From the NCBI GenBank assembly GCA_037443185.1, contig JBBIOV010000002.1, positions 32,242 through 96,241 on the forward strand: DNA of 64,000 bases, in the 5' to 3' direction. The first letter of the stretch is position 1, and each line of letters begins with the position of its first letter. The notes beneath the pieces were generated by a model. The model was not told where the DNA came from, did no database searches, and saw only the letters and a program-made list of their open reading frames with translations. This stretch comes from a bacterium. Lineage in GTDB: Bacteria > Patescibacteriota > Minisyncoccia > 2-01-FULL-47-10 > JBBIMT01. The translations under genes were made by a program, and so were the position numbers. This document shows, piece by piece, positions 9,813 to 19,703 of the stretch.

Positions 9813-10112
9813 CATAATAAATTTAATCCAAATTTGCAATCTCCTTTTTCGATTCATAAAATTATTTTTAATTATAATCGCCTTTCTTTTTATGTCAAGA
9901 TTAAGTTTAATCTTATTTATCGTTTTATACTTACTAAACTAAAGAATATAAAAAATTAAATTACTAAAGACTACAATATTTTTTTTGTTATAAAAAATAT
10001 ATTTTACAGCAAAAACCTTGTTTCATTATTGTCTTACTAAAGCATCTTAAAAAAAAAGCTTTGACATAAATTAGCGTCAATAATTTTATTAAATACAGCT
10101 ACGATGAGAAAA

Positions 10113-10748
10113 TTACTTCTCCGCCTTCCAAGCAAAATACGAATACCAATAAAGAATAGTTAAAGAGGCAAATAAAATTAAAATGGTCAAAAGCAATGTT
10201 CCGCTTTGAGTAAATATCGTTAAAAAATTAAACAAAGAAGCGAACATAAAAACCACGCCAGCCGCTTTATGAGTTTTGCGCCAAACTGAATTTGACTCTA
10301 AGGTGTATGGGGTGCGAATACCAAAAAAATAATTCCTTTTCAGTAAAGGAAAATAATAAGCAAAAGCACCGTATAAAAAAGAAAAATTAAGCCCAATAAT
10401 GATTGAAGGTTTTAAGTAAAAATCGATTAAGTTTGAAAAAATAACAAAATCAACAAAAACCAGTAAAAATATCACAAGAGTTAAGCGCAAACCATACATT
10501 GCATCAGCAAACTCATGATAATTTTTCTCAAGAGGATCGTAATATGGCGCAAGCATCAATAAAAATAAAAACAAAAAAACGATACCATGCCCAAATAAAA
10601 TTACCAGATCCTTAGGCGCCCAGCCATTTACTTGGCCCTCATAAGTCCAATGAATTGATAAAGGATTTGGTAAAATAGGAGAAGCATAAAGCGCCAAAAT
10701 GAAGCTCGATAGGATTATTAAAAGAGGAATAAAATCTTTTTTTACCAT
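10113..10748 (-). CDS. SdpI/YhfL-family (DUF1648-like) polytopic membrane protein
   Basis: GIRTPYTLESNSVWRKTHKAAG matches the G(I/F)RTPxTLxSxxxWxxTH(R/K) signature of SdpI-family proteins. Start placed at the internal Met (MVKKDF, 10748) so it does not overlap ndk. The longer ORF 10113..10883 would overlap ndk. Confidence 0.6.
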   Translation of the reverse strand: MVKKDFIPLLIILSSFILALYASPILPNPLSIHWTYEGQVNGWAPKDLVILFGHGIVFLFLFLLMLAPYYDPLEKNYHEFADAMYGLRLTLVIFLLVFVDFVIFSNLIDFYLKPSIIIGLNFSFLYGAFAYYFPLLKRNYFFGIRTPYTLESNSVWRKTHKAAGVVFMFASLFNFLTIFTQSGTLLLTILILFASLTILYWYSYFAWKAEK

Positions 10749-10773
10749 ATTAATTTTACTTGCTGAGTTAAAT

Positions 10774-11364
10774 TTAAAACATTGTATCTTCTTCTGCTCT
10801 TTTATAATAATGAATTTCTGTTTCTTTAAACCAATGGGCAATTTCATGTTCGGCTTCAGTAGCGTCTCCGGAAGCATGCACAATATTATGAATTGCTCTT
10901 TTATCCATATTTGCCAAAATCGGCGAATCTACAGAGTAGTCTCCTCGAATCGTTCCCATTTCTGCTTGAGCTGGAATAGTTTTTCCAACTATTTTTCTAA
11001 CCATATCAATAGCGTGAATACCGCTAACGCAAACTGCAACGACTGGGCCTGAGGTCCAAAATTCTATTAACCATTCTTTTACTTTTTCCCCAATTTCTAA
11101 AGCATCAGAGGTTCCCATTTCTTTGATGGGATCTTTATTGTACTGGGTATAAGTCGCCAAAGTTTTATTACCCATACCTATTAGCCATTCCTCTTTTTTG
11201 GGTAAAAATTCTTCAATAAACTTTCTATCAGGAGTCACCATTTTAAGACCAATAATTTTTAGGCCTCGCTGTTCAATTCTTCTTAATACCTCGCCAATAA
11301 GACCTCGTTTGACTCCATCAGGTTTAACGATAATACAAGTTTTTTCTTCCTTTGGATGCGCCAT
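10774..11364 (-). CDS. ndk: Nucleoside diphosphate kinase, long form (~196 aa with an internal insertion)
   Basis: CIIVKPDGVKRGLIGEVLRRIEQRGLKIIGLK, GTIRGDYS, NIVHASGD (active-site His) are NDK hallmarks. About 50 aa longer than the canonical enzyme. Confidence 0.85.
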   Translation of the reverse strand: MAHPKEEKTCIIVKPDGVKRGLIGEVLRRIEQRGLKIIGLKMVTPDRKFIEEFLPKKEEWLIGMGNKTLATYTQYNKDPIKEMGTSDALEIGEKVKEWLIEFWTSGPVVAVCVSGIHAIDMVRKIVGKTIPAQAEMGTIRGDYSVDSPILANMDKRAIHNIVHASGDATEAEHEIAHWFKETEIHYYKRAEEDTMF

Positions 11365-11592
11365 ATTTTTCTAAAAATTTAAAAATAAAAAATTAAAAAT
11401 TTAGTTAATTAAATTATAATTCCTATTAAATAATTCGTCAAATGATTTAAAACAAAAATAATTTTTAATATTTATAATTTTGTAATACATTCATGGTGAT
11501 TTTTCGATTTTACAAAAAACAAATAAGTAAAAAAATTTTTAAAAAGTAACTTTATCTAGTTAATCTTATTTTTAATAAAAATGCTAATTGCT

Positions 11593-12471
11593 TTATAGTT
11601 TTGATTTTACCCAAATTTTTTCGCCGTTAGAATATAAAGTAATATCCCCTTTTTCATCAGTGCGCAAAATAATGCTCGGAGATAAATTTTTAATAACTTC
11701 GCTGTGCGGGTGACCATAAGGATTATTTTTTCCAACTTGAATAATGGAGATACCTGGAGAGGTTATTTTTAAAAATTCCGGAGATGATGATGTTTTTGAA
11801 CCATGATGAGCTACTTTTAAAACATCGACATTTAAGTTATTTTTAAATTTTTTCAATAGCGTTTTTTCTGTCGCTTGTTCAATATCTGAGGTAAACAAAA
11901 ATTTCCTTTTACCGAAAGTTAATATAAAAGAAGTCGCATAATTATTTTCATTTTTTACTTCTTTAAGAGAAATATCTTTTTCTGGATTGATAATTTCAAT
12001 CTTAATATTTTTTGCAATAAATATTTTTAAACCACTAATAGCTTTAAAAAGATGTACCTTTTTTTCTCTAAACTTTTCTATTAACAATTTATAAGATTTA
12101 GTATCACTAAAATTACCTCCAATTAAAGCAGATTTAACGGTTAATTGATCTAGTAAATTGATAAATCCAGAAATATGGTCACGGTCGGGATGAGTTGGGA
12201 TAATAAGGTCAATACTTTTATTATAAAATGGTAGTTCTTTTTTTATTTTTTCAATGATTTTTTCACCGGCTCCAGCATCAACTAATATTTTATATCCATT
12301 TGGCATTTTAATTAGTATAGCATCGCCTTGTCCAACATCGAAAAAAATTAATTTAAGAAAATTAATATTAGAAAGCTCGTTTTTGATGAAAAAAATTAAA
12401 GAAATATTAGCCAAAAAAATGGCTGTAATAATTATCTTTTTTACTCCTTTTACTTTAAATAATAATAACAT
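11593..12471 (-). CDS. comEC: ComEC/Rec2 C-terminal metallo-beta-lactamase domain protein (with its own N-terminal TM helix)
   Basis: DVGQGDAILIK...VDAG, HPDRDHISG, VAHHGS. In-frame with the upstream ComEC membrane part, separated by one TAA. Confidence 0.8.
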   Translation of the reverse strand: MLLLFKVKGVKKIIITAIFLANISLIFFIKNELSNINFLKLIFFDVGQGDAILIKMPNGYKILVDAGAGEKIIEKIKKELPFYNKSIDLIIPTHPDRDHISGFINLLDQLTVKSALIGGNFSDTKSYKLLIEKFREKKVHLFKAISGLKIFIAKNIKIEIINPEKDISLKEVKNENNYATSFILTFGKRKFLFTSDIEQATEKTLLKKFKNNLNVDVLKVAHHGSKTSSSPEFLKITSPGISIIQVGKNNPYGHPHSEVIKNLSPSIILRTDEKGDITLYSNGEKIWVKSKL

Positions 12472-12486
12472 ATTATCTATGAGTAT

Positions 12487-13662
12487 TTATGAAGTTGAAC
12501 CACGAAAGTTTTTAAATAATAAAACGAAAATGATAAAAATACAGTAATAAAAAAATACAAAAATTATATTACCTTGAAAATTTAAATTGATATAGCTTAT
12601 TGGATTTTGAGCAAAAAAAGAAATAGAACTAATTATAAAGCTAGATATAATATTCATTGGAAAACTAATAATATCAGCTAAAAAAGGAAGGGTTATTGAA
12701 AAAACGCCAAAAAATAAACTAATTAAAAGTAAAAAAGAAGAAAACGGTACAACTAATCCATTAATGAGTGGAGAAATGATTGAAAAACCGCCGAAATAAT
12801 AAATTAATAACGGCAACAGCAACAATTGAGCAGATATTGACAAACTTATTGTTGAGAGGATAAATTGAGGAAATTTCAATTTTTTGAAATATAATTCTAA
12901 TTTTTCAGCAAAAAGTATAATACCAAGTATTGATAGAAAAGAAAATTGAAAGCTAATATCTTTAATTAAAATTTCAGGATTTTGCAAAATCATTATGGTA
13001 GCTGTAATCAAAAGAGAATTTAAGGGAGTTGAGGTAGAAAATATTAAACGCCCCCCTATTGTAAATAAAACCATAATCATTGCTCTAACAGCTGAAGGAG
13101 GCGCTTGAACAAAAATCGTATAAAAAATTAAAAATATAGATAAAATGAAAAATGATAATTTTCGCGAAAAACCGAAAAAATAAAAAACCCAATGAAGAAT
13201 TATCGCGAAAATCGTCATATTAAACCCTGAAATTGCCACAATATGTCGCGTCCCTGTTTTATTTAAATCCTCTTTAAATTTCTTATCAGTAATACTTTCC
13301 TGCCCCAATAAAAGTCCTTTTATAAATTCAGACTCTGGCGGAAAAAAATTTTCATTTATAGCCTGTAGTATCTTTTGCCTATATAAATCTATGTATCTTA
13401 TTTTTAATGACGACCAGAAAAATTTTTCGTTTTTTTGGTAAGTATCAGCTCTTAAAAACCCTAACAGAAAAATCACCACAAAGATACCAATAAAAAATAA
13501 TCTTCTATCTAAAAACGATAGAGAAAAAAAGATAAAAGCAATATTAATCAAAAACAAATAAAAAAGGAAGTTTCCCTTTAACAAAGAATTTAGGCCAATG
13601 CCGGCTCCCAAAATAAAGCTTAAAAAAGTAAATAAAAAAATTCGTTGCACAGAAAATGCCAT
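12487..13662 (-). CDS. comEC: ComEC/Rec2 N-terminal polytopic 'competence' membrane domain
   Basis: 391 aa, about 10 TM helices, with the layout and length of the DUF4131+Competence part of ComEC. Ends at TAA (12487-12489), 15 nt before and in-frame with the MBL-domain ORF. Confidence 0.7.
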   Translation of the reverse strand: MAFSVQRIFLFTFLSFILGAGIGLNSLLKGNFLFYLFLINIAFIFFSLSFLDRRLFFIGIFVVIFLLGFLRADTYQKNEKFFWSSLKIRYIDLYRQKILQAINENFFPPESEFIKGLLLGQESITDKKFKEDLNKTGTRHIVAISGFNMTIFAIILHWVFYFFGFSRKLSFFILSIFLIFYTIFVQAPPSAVRAMIMVLFTIGGRLIFSTSTPLNSLLITATIMILQNPEILIKDISFQFSFLSILGIILFAEKLELYFKKLKFPQFILSTISLSISAQLLLLPLLIYYFGGFSIISPLINGLVVPFSSFLLLISLFFGVFSITLPFLADIISFPMNIISSFIISSISFFAQNPISYINLNFQGNIIFVFFYYCIFIIFVLLFKNFRGSTS

Positions 13663-13909
13663 AAACCAATCATTATAAGCCCTTTTTCTTATATAGCAAG
13701 ATATAATATTTGATATGTCAAAAATTAACTAAAAAAGTAAACTTTTTTGAAAAAAATTAGATTTAAATACTCAAAAAAGCAAACTAATTTCAATTAATTT
13801 ACAATTTCTAAAATCTTGTTTAATTAAAAACTTATTGATAAAAAATAAGGTTAACTAAATAGCTTGCAATTAATTCTATTTTTTTGCAAAATATGGGCTA
13901 CAAAAATAT

Positions 13910-13945
13910 AAAAAACCCCGAAGAAAAATTTCGGAGTTTTTCAAA
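13910..13945 (-). terminator. Intrinsic terminator downstream of nrdJ
   Basis: On the minus strand: ctccgaaatttttcttcgggg hairpin followed by tttttt. Confidence 0.55.
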
Positions 13946-13964
13946 ATTCATCTATATTTATTTT

Positions 13965-16373
13965 TTATTCACATTTAGAATAACTACAATCGCGACACAT
14001 AAAACAACCATTTGTAAACATCAACACTCCCCCACATTGAGGACAAAAGTCTTTATCTCTATTAAATAAAAAGCCATTACTGTTTGTTAATGAAGAATTA
14101 GGAGATTCTTTTTTATTTATCTGATTTGAAGGTATATTAATTGTTTTTTTATTGTCTAAATTAATCAAAGGTAGTTGGTCGCCTTTTAAATATTTCTCCA
14201 TTGCCTTGGCGATGGCATCCGGAACAGAAAATATAACTTCATTATCTTCCTGCACCACAGGACGAGAACCACGAATATATTTTAAAGCTTCAATAATGTC
14301 TTCAGGTCTTACTGAAGATCTTAAAGCAAGAGAAATGAGTCTACCCATTGCTTCTGCAAATGACATTGGCACCGATCCTGATCTTCCTAAATGAATGAAA
14401 ACCTCAAAAAGTCCTTTGTCGTCCTCATTGATAGTGATAAAAGTGCTACCCATTTCTGTTTTCATTTTATATGTTTTTCCTTTAATTACTCTTGGCCTTG
14501 GGCGCGGACCTACCGGCATAAGAGAAGGAACAAAATTTTTTTCTTTTTGCAAAGCTGCCTCTTTTTCTGTTAATAAAATACCCTCACGAGAACCTTCCCG
14601 ATACACTGTTATTCCTTTGCAACCTAGTTTCCAAGCGTAAAGATATATTTTTTCAACTTCTTCAAGGGAGATATCTTTTGGTAAGTTAACTGTTGAAGAA
14701 ATAGAATGATCTATATGTTTTTGAATAGTCGCCTGCATCTTGACTCGCATTTCTGGCTTCATTTGGTGACTAACCACAAAAATATCAGGTAAATCTTTTT
14801 CTTCTTTAATATTGTGAAAATCCATATACTCCTTTACTATAGGATGATAAACTTTAAATTCATTTTTTGTTAATGATTTTGATTTTCTGACATAACTTAA
14901 AGCAAAAATTGGCTCAATACCGCTTGATACTCCGGCTAAGGCGGATCCAGAACCAACTGGCGGAACTGTCAATAAAGCAGCATTTCTAATTCCTCCTTTT
15001 TTAATCTTAGCAATAACTGTTTTGCTTAATCTTTGAATGAATGGCGATTTTAAATGTTTGGCAGCTTCAAAAGCCGGAAAGACGCCTTTTTCTAAAGCGA
15101 TATTACAGCTTTCATCATAAACAAAATTTTTTATTTTTTCGAAAAGTTTATCAGTAAATTCAACAGTTTTATCATCATCGTATTTTAAGTTAAGTTTAAT
15201 AAACATATCGCCTAATCCTGTAAATCCAACTCCGATACGCCGAGATTTTAAAGAGGCTTCGGTTTGTTCTTTTAGGGGATGTCGCGGAGCGCTGTAATCT
15301 AATACATCATCCAAAAATCTTGTAGCGTACCTTAAGGCTTTTTCGAGATTTTCCCAGTCTACCGAAGCTTTATTGGTGAATGGATTTTTGACAAAGTGAA
15401 CTAAATTAATATTTCCTAAACAACAACAGCCATATGGCTCAAGAGGAATTTCAGCACAAGGATTTGTAGTAATAACTTCCATTCCGTTGTATTCTGTAGT
15501 GGACTGACTTTTAACATTATCCCAAAAAATTACTCCTGGTTCTGCTGAAGCATGAGCGGCTTTAATTAATTTATCCCAAATTTCTCGAGCTTTCACTTTC
15601 TTTTCAATGAGCCCAGTTTTTTCACTTTCATATCTTAAAGTAAAATCTGCATTTGCCTCCACTGCTTTCATAAATTCATCAGTCACTCTAACTGAGATAT
15701 TAGCGTATTGAACGCGTCTTCTTTCAGAATCATTTTTAATATCTATAAAATCTAAAACATCAGGGTGGTCAACTGAAATGGTAATCATTAAAGCACCTCT
15801 GCGACCAGCTTGGCCTATGGTGCCTGTAACGGTAGAAAAAATTTCCATAAAAGAAACTGATCCCGTAGAATAAATAGCGCTGTTATTTACCGGCGCACCT
15901 TTAGGGCGCAAAATAGAAATATCAACCCCCATTCCTCCGCCAAAAGAATATGTTCTTGCAGCCTCTTTACACCAATCAAAGATTGCCTCTATTGAATCTT
16001 CTTTGATCGGAATAACATAACAGTTCAGTAAAGTAGCGCGGCGCGGCTGACCAGCCCCAAACATAATACGCCCCCCAGGAACAAAACGAAAATTTTCTAA
16101 CAACCAATAAAAATTTTCTTCCCATATTTTTCTCAGATGAGGTTTTTCCACTGATGATATTTCGCGGGCGATACGGCGCCACATTTGGGGAGGAGTAGTT
16201 TCGACTATATAACCATCTTTATCTTTTAAAGCGTATTTATCTAAAAAAACTCTTACTCTTAAATCATCTCCTTTAAAATATTCAAGGGTTTCCGGTGGAG
16301 TATCGCCAACTTTAATTTTTTGAATGCCTGGCGCGGCAATAAGAGAACCTGGGAAAAAATTTTGGGTGTCCAT
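13965..16373 (-). CDS. nrdJ: Ribonucleotide reductase class II (adenosylcobalamin-dependent), with C-terminal Zn-ribbon
   Basis: 802 aa. NPCAEIPLEPYGCCCLGNINL active-site region, C-terminal CPQCGG...CFMCRDC zinc finger typical of NrdJ. Confidence 0.9.
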   Translation of the reverse strand: MDTQNFFPGSLIAAPGIQKIKVGDTPPETLEYFKGDDLRVRVFLDKYALKDKDGYIVETTPPQMWRRIAREISSVEKPHLRKIWEENFYWLLENFRFVPGGRIMFGAGQPRRATLLNCYVIPIKEDSIEAIFDWCKEAARTYSFGGGMGVDISILRPKGAPVNNSAIYSTGSVSFMEIFSTVTGTIGQAGRRGALMITISVDHPDVLDFIDIKNDSERRRVQYANISVRVTDEFMKAVEANADFTLRYESEKTGLIEKKVKAREIWDKLIKAAHASAEPGVIFWDNVKSQSTTEYNGMEVITTNPCAEIPLEPYGCCCLGNINLVHFVKNPFTNKASVDWENLEKALRYATRFLDDVLDYSAPRHPLKEQTEASLKSRRIGVGFTGLGDMFIKLNLKYDDDKTVEFTDKLFEKIKNFVYDESCNIALEKGVFPAFEAAKHLKSPFIQRLSKTVIAKIKKGGIRNAALLTVPPVGSGSALAGVSSGIEPIFALSYVRKSKSLTKNEFKVYHPIVKEYMDFHNIKEEKDLPDIFVVSHQMKPEMRVKMQATIQKHIDHSISSTVNLPKDISLEEVEKIYLYAWKLGCKGITVYREGSREGILLTEKEAALQKEKNFVPSLMPVGPRPRPRVIKGKTYKMKTEMGSTFITINEDDKGLFEVFIHLGRSGSVPMSFAEAMGRLISLALRSSVRPEDIIEALKYIRGSRPVVQEDNEVIFSVPDAIAKAMEKYLKGDQLPLINLDNKKTINIPSNQINKKESPNSSLTNSNGFLFNRDKDFCPQCGGVLMFTNGCFMCRDCSYSKCE

Positions 16374-16565
16374 AGTGGGTAGGATTAAAAAATTAATAGA
16401 AGTATTTACTCAATTAAAGTAAAAAAACAAAAAACAGATATAATCTTTTTTATTAGTAAGAAAAAATTCAAAAAAACCAAAAAAATTCCTACATAAAAAT
16501 TTTAGTGGGAATTTTTTAAAACGCAAGGTCGTTTTAAAAAAGCTTTAAAATAAAAGCCAAAGTCA

Positions 16566-17816
16566 TCAGTATTTTTTTTGATCTGTTGGTTGATTTAGTT
16601 TTTTTCTAATAAAAGCGGGAATGTCAAAATCTTGTTCTTCATTTTTTTTCTCCTGTTCCTGAGATTCAATCCCTAAACTTTGGTCAAAATCTATTTGAGT
16701 GAGTTGATCAGAAGATTCAAGTCGAATTTTTGGCAATTCGTGTTTAGGAGTAAGTAATTTTTCGGAGGTAGTTAATTTTTGCGGCATTCTTGTTTTCTCA
16801 GATGATTTATAAATTTCTCTTACTTCCTTGATTTTACCAGTTCTCATTTGCGCTTGCCCTTGATAATCAAAACCGGTAGCAATAACTGTTATTTTGATAT
16901 CCCCTTTCTTTAAAGATTCATCATAAGTAACTCCGAAAATCACTTTAGCGTCAGGATCAATAGAATCAGTAATTTGTTTTGCTGCTTGAGCCACTTCTGC
17001 CATAGTTAAATCTTCATTACCGCTAACATTAAATAAGACTCCTCTGGCGCCTTCAATTGATATCTCAAGAAGTGGCGATTGAATTGCGGCAAGAGCTGCT
17101 TTAACCGCTCGCTCTTCTCCGCTGGCTACGCCGATGCCCATTAAAGCAGATCCAGCATCTTGCATAATCGCTCTTACATCCGCAAAGTCCACATTGATAA
17201 TTCCAGGATAAGTTATTAAATCAGAAATGCCCTGTACCGCTTGTCGCAAAACATCATCAACGATTCCAAAAGCCTCTCTTAAGGTAGTTTTTTTCTCAAT
17301 AATGCTAAGCAATCTATCATTTTGAATAGTAATAAGAGTATCAACTTTTCCTTGTAGTTCTTCTAAAGCTTCTTTAGCAATTTGGGTTCTTTGTGATCCT
17401 TCAAAACTAAAAGGTTTAGTTACCACACCAACTGTCAAGGCTCCTAAAGATTTAGCAATTTCAGCGACTATTGGCCCCGCTCCGGATCCTGTGCCACCGC
17501 CAAGACCACAAGTAATAAACACCATATCAGCTCCTTCTATTATTTTTTCTATATCTTCTTTATTTTCTTCTGCTGCTAATCTGCCAAGCTCCGGATCCAT
17601 TCCAGCACCAAGTCCCTTTGTAACATTTTTCCCTATGTGAAGTTTAGTGTTGGCTTTAGTATGATGAAGATCCTGAGCATCAGTATTAATAGCAATAAAT
17701 TCAACACCGCGGATTCCCTTTTCAATCATATGCTCAACGGCATTACCTCCACTTCCTCCTACTCCTATCACTTTTATAGAAGCAAAAGATTCAACTTCGG
17801 GTTTAACAAAAGGCAT
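16566..17816 (-). CDS. ftsZ: Cell division GTPase FtsZ
   Basis: [20 protein letters not shown] tubulin signature, acidic C-terminal tail. Confidence 0.97.
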   Translation of the reverse strand: MPFVKPEVESFASIKVIGVGGSGGNAVEHMIEKGIRGVEFIAINTDAQDLHHTKANTKLHIGKNVTKGLGAGMDPELGRLAAEENKEDIEKIIEGADMVFITCGLGGGTGSGAGPIVAEIAKSLGALTVGVVTKPFSFEGSQRTQIAKEALEELQGKVDTLITIQNDRLLSIIEKKTTLREAFGIVDDVLRQAVQGISDLITYPGIINVDFADVRAIMQDAGSALMGIGVASGEERAVKAALAAIQSPLLEISIEGARGVLFNVSGNEDLTMAEVAQAAKQITDSIDPDAKVIFGVTYDESLKKGDIKITVIATGFDYQGQAQMRTGKIKEVREIYKSSEKTRMPQKLTTSEKLLTPKHELPKIRLESSDQLTQIDFDQSLGIESQEQEKKNEEQDFDIPAFIRKKLNQPTDQKKY

Positions 17817-18006
17817 ATATTTAACAAATAGATATCTAGATATTAATAAAATCTAGTATCTAAAATGATTAATAATTTAAATTTCAACAAACTGAAAACT
17901 TAAAATTGACAACGAAGTCTTTTTTTCAAAAAAATTAAAAACCTTTATATTTTAAGTATAAAGGTAAATAAAAGAAAGTCAAGATTAATTAAAAATAAAT
18001 AAAAAA

Positions 18007-19245
18007 CTAAGGAATAAGGTTTTTAAAAAATGAGACGAAACGATTTTTAAAATTTGAAATTCCACTTCGTTCAAAAACAGATCCTCTTTCAGAATCATAA
18101 AAAATCGGTTGATTTAAAGATGACGCTATCAATCCAATTGCTCTAGCAAAAGTAGGATCAGAAGCAAATTCAGTAACACCTTTTAAGTTAATAGGCAAAC
18201 CAATGCGAGCCGGTAACATAAGTTCTTCTTTAGCCATTTCCAACAATCCTTCAAGCTTCGAACCTCCACCGACAAAAATAGCTCCTGCCGGAAGAAATCC
18301 TTTCCTGTTAATCCTTTCAAGATCTTGATTAATTAATTCGAATATTTCTTTCATTCTAGCTGATATTATTTCAGAAATATCTTGTCTTTTAACGCGCAAT
18401 TTTTCATCAACTCCCAATTCACTTAAATCTATAAATTCTGTTTTTCTAATTAGACCAGGTAAACACGATCCGTATTTTAATTTTATTAACTCAGCTGTAT
18501 CCAAATCAGTGCGAAGACCTATCGCTATATCATTAGTAATATGCGTTGAACCTACAGGAAAAATATTTAAATGAAAAACCTCTCCATCTTCATAAACCGC
18601 TATACTGGTAGTCTCAGCTCCAAAATCAATCACTACTACTCCTAATTCCTTTTGTCTTTTTCCAATAACTGATTCAGCTGAAGCTAGTGGTCCGGGTTCA
18701 ACATTAATTACCTTTAAATCGCATTCTTCTATTGATTTAGTTAGATTACGTAAAAAGGGGGTTGAAGCGCTTACAATGATGGTATTAGCTTCAAGTCTAA
18801 TACCACTCATTCCTACAGGATTTTTGATACCTTGTTCTTCGTCAATATTAAAAAATCTGGCAATAACTTCAATAACTTCCCTATTAGGACTTAGATGTAC
18901 AGTTTGAGCGGCTTTTAATGCTCTTTCCACATCAGATTGCGATATTTCTTTATCAGCGCGAGATACCGCCACTACTCCTCTGGATTCTTGAGCCTTAATG
19001 TGCGAACCATTCAATGCAACATTGACATTTTTTATTTTGACTCCGGTTAAATTTTGAATTTCAACAACAGCCTTCTTGATAGCATCTTTAGCATCAGCAA
19101 TATCAATCACAATACCTCTTCTTATTCCTAAAGACTGAACTAAAGAAGCTCCCAATATTTGCAATTGGTTGTCTTTGCTAATTTGCGCCGTAGCGATTTT
19201 AATATAATTTGAACCGCAGTCAATCCCTGTAATGATGTTAAGCAT
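18007..19245 (-). CDS. ftsA: Cell division protein FtsA (actin-like ATPase)
   Basis: 412 aa. GIDCGSNYIKIA N-terminus and DIG.GTT-like motifs. Immediately upstream of ftsZ. Confidence 0.9.
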   Translation of the reverse strand: MLNIITGIDCGSNYIKIATAQISKDNQLQILGASLVQSLGIRRGIVIDIADAKDAIKKAVVEIQNLTGVKIKNVNVALNGSHIKAQESRGVVAVSRADKEISQSDVERALKAAQTVHLSPNREVIEVIARFFNIDEEQGIKNPVGMSGIRLEANTIIVSASTPFLRNLTKSIEECDLKVINVEPGPLASAESVIGKRQKELGVVVIDFGAETTSIAVYEDGEVFHLNIFPVGSTHITNDIAIGLRTDLDTAELIKLKYGSCLPGLIRKTEFIDLSELGVDEKLRVKRQDISEIISARMKEIFELINQDLERINRKGFLPAGAIFVGGGSKLEGLLEMAKEELMLPARIGLPINLKGVTEFASDPTFARAIGLIASSLNQPIFYDSERGSVFERSGISNFKNRFVSFFKNLIP

Positions 19246-19287
19246 AAAAAACCTTAATGAAATAAAAATACTAAATTCTTAATCAAT

Positions 19288-19683
19288 TTAGCATTGTTTT
19301 ATTTTTTTAATTATTTGTTCTTCTAATTTTTTCATTTTCAAATAAGATTTCTGATTTCGATGATGAATACCAAAATAATGTAAAAGACCATGAATAAAAT
19401 ATTTTAAAAGATCTTTTGGGGGTATAACTTTAGGACATAACACAATCTCCCCTTCAATAACCCTGGCGCTTGACTTGTAAACGAAAGTTAAAACATCTGC
19501 TGGTTTATTTCGGTTTTTATAATTTTTGTTTAGTTTTTGAGCTAACTTTTTACCAACTAAAACAACTGATAAAATACATCTTTTTTTTTCTTTTAAATGA
19601 GATTTAGCAAGCTTGAAAATGTTTAAAAAAAAACCCCTGGCGAACTTCTTTTTTGTAAAATTACAAATTACAATTTCATCCAT
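19288..19683 (-). CDS. ybeY: rRNA maturation endoribonuclease YbeY
   Basis: HGLLHYFGIHH matches the H-x-x-x-H-x5-H zinc motif of YbeY. 131 aa. Confidence 0.8.
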   Translation of the reverse strand: MDEIVICNFTKKKFARGFFLNIFKLAKSHLKEKKRCILSVVLVGKKLAQKLNKNYKNRNKPADVLTFVYKSSARVIEGEIVLCPKVIPPKDLLKYFIHGLLHYFGIHHRNQKSYLKMKKLEEQIIKKIKQC

Positions 19684-19703
19684 CTATTTTAATTATCTAA
19701 TTT

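Noticed and set aside
9739-9942. 67-aa plus-strand ORF starting inside the inverted hairpin pair
   Set aside because: Begins in the spacer of the regulatory inverted repeat and is mostly poly-hydrophobic low-complexity sequence typical of AT-rich noise. Could be a small membrane peptide but I have no support for it.
12254-12547. 97-aa plus-strand ORF spanning the comEC split point
   Set aside because: Antisense to both comEC parts. Low-complexity Ile/Leu/Lys-rich sequence.
13884-14069. 61-aa plus-strand ORF
   Set aside because: Overlaps the nrdJ terminator and the nrdJ 3' end on the opposite strand.
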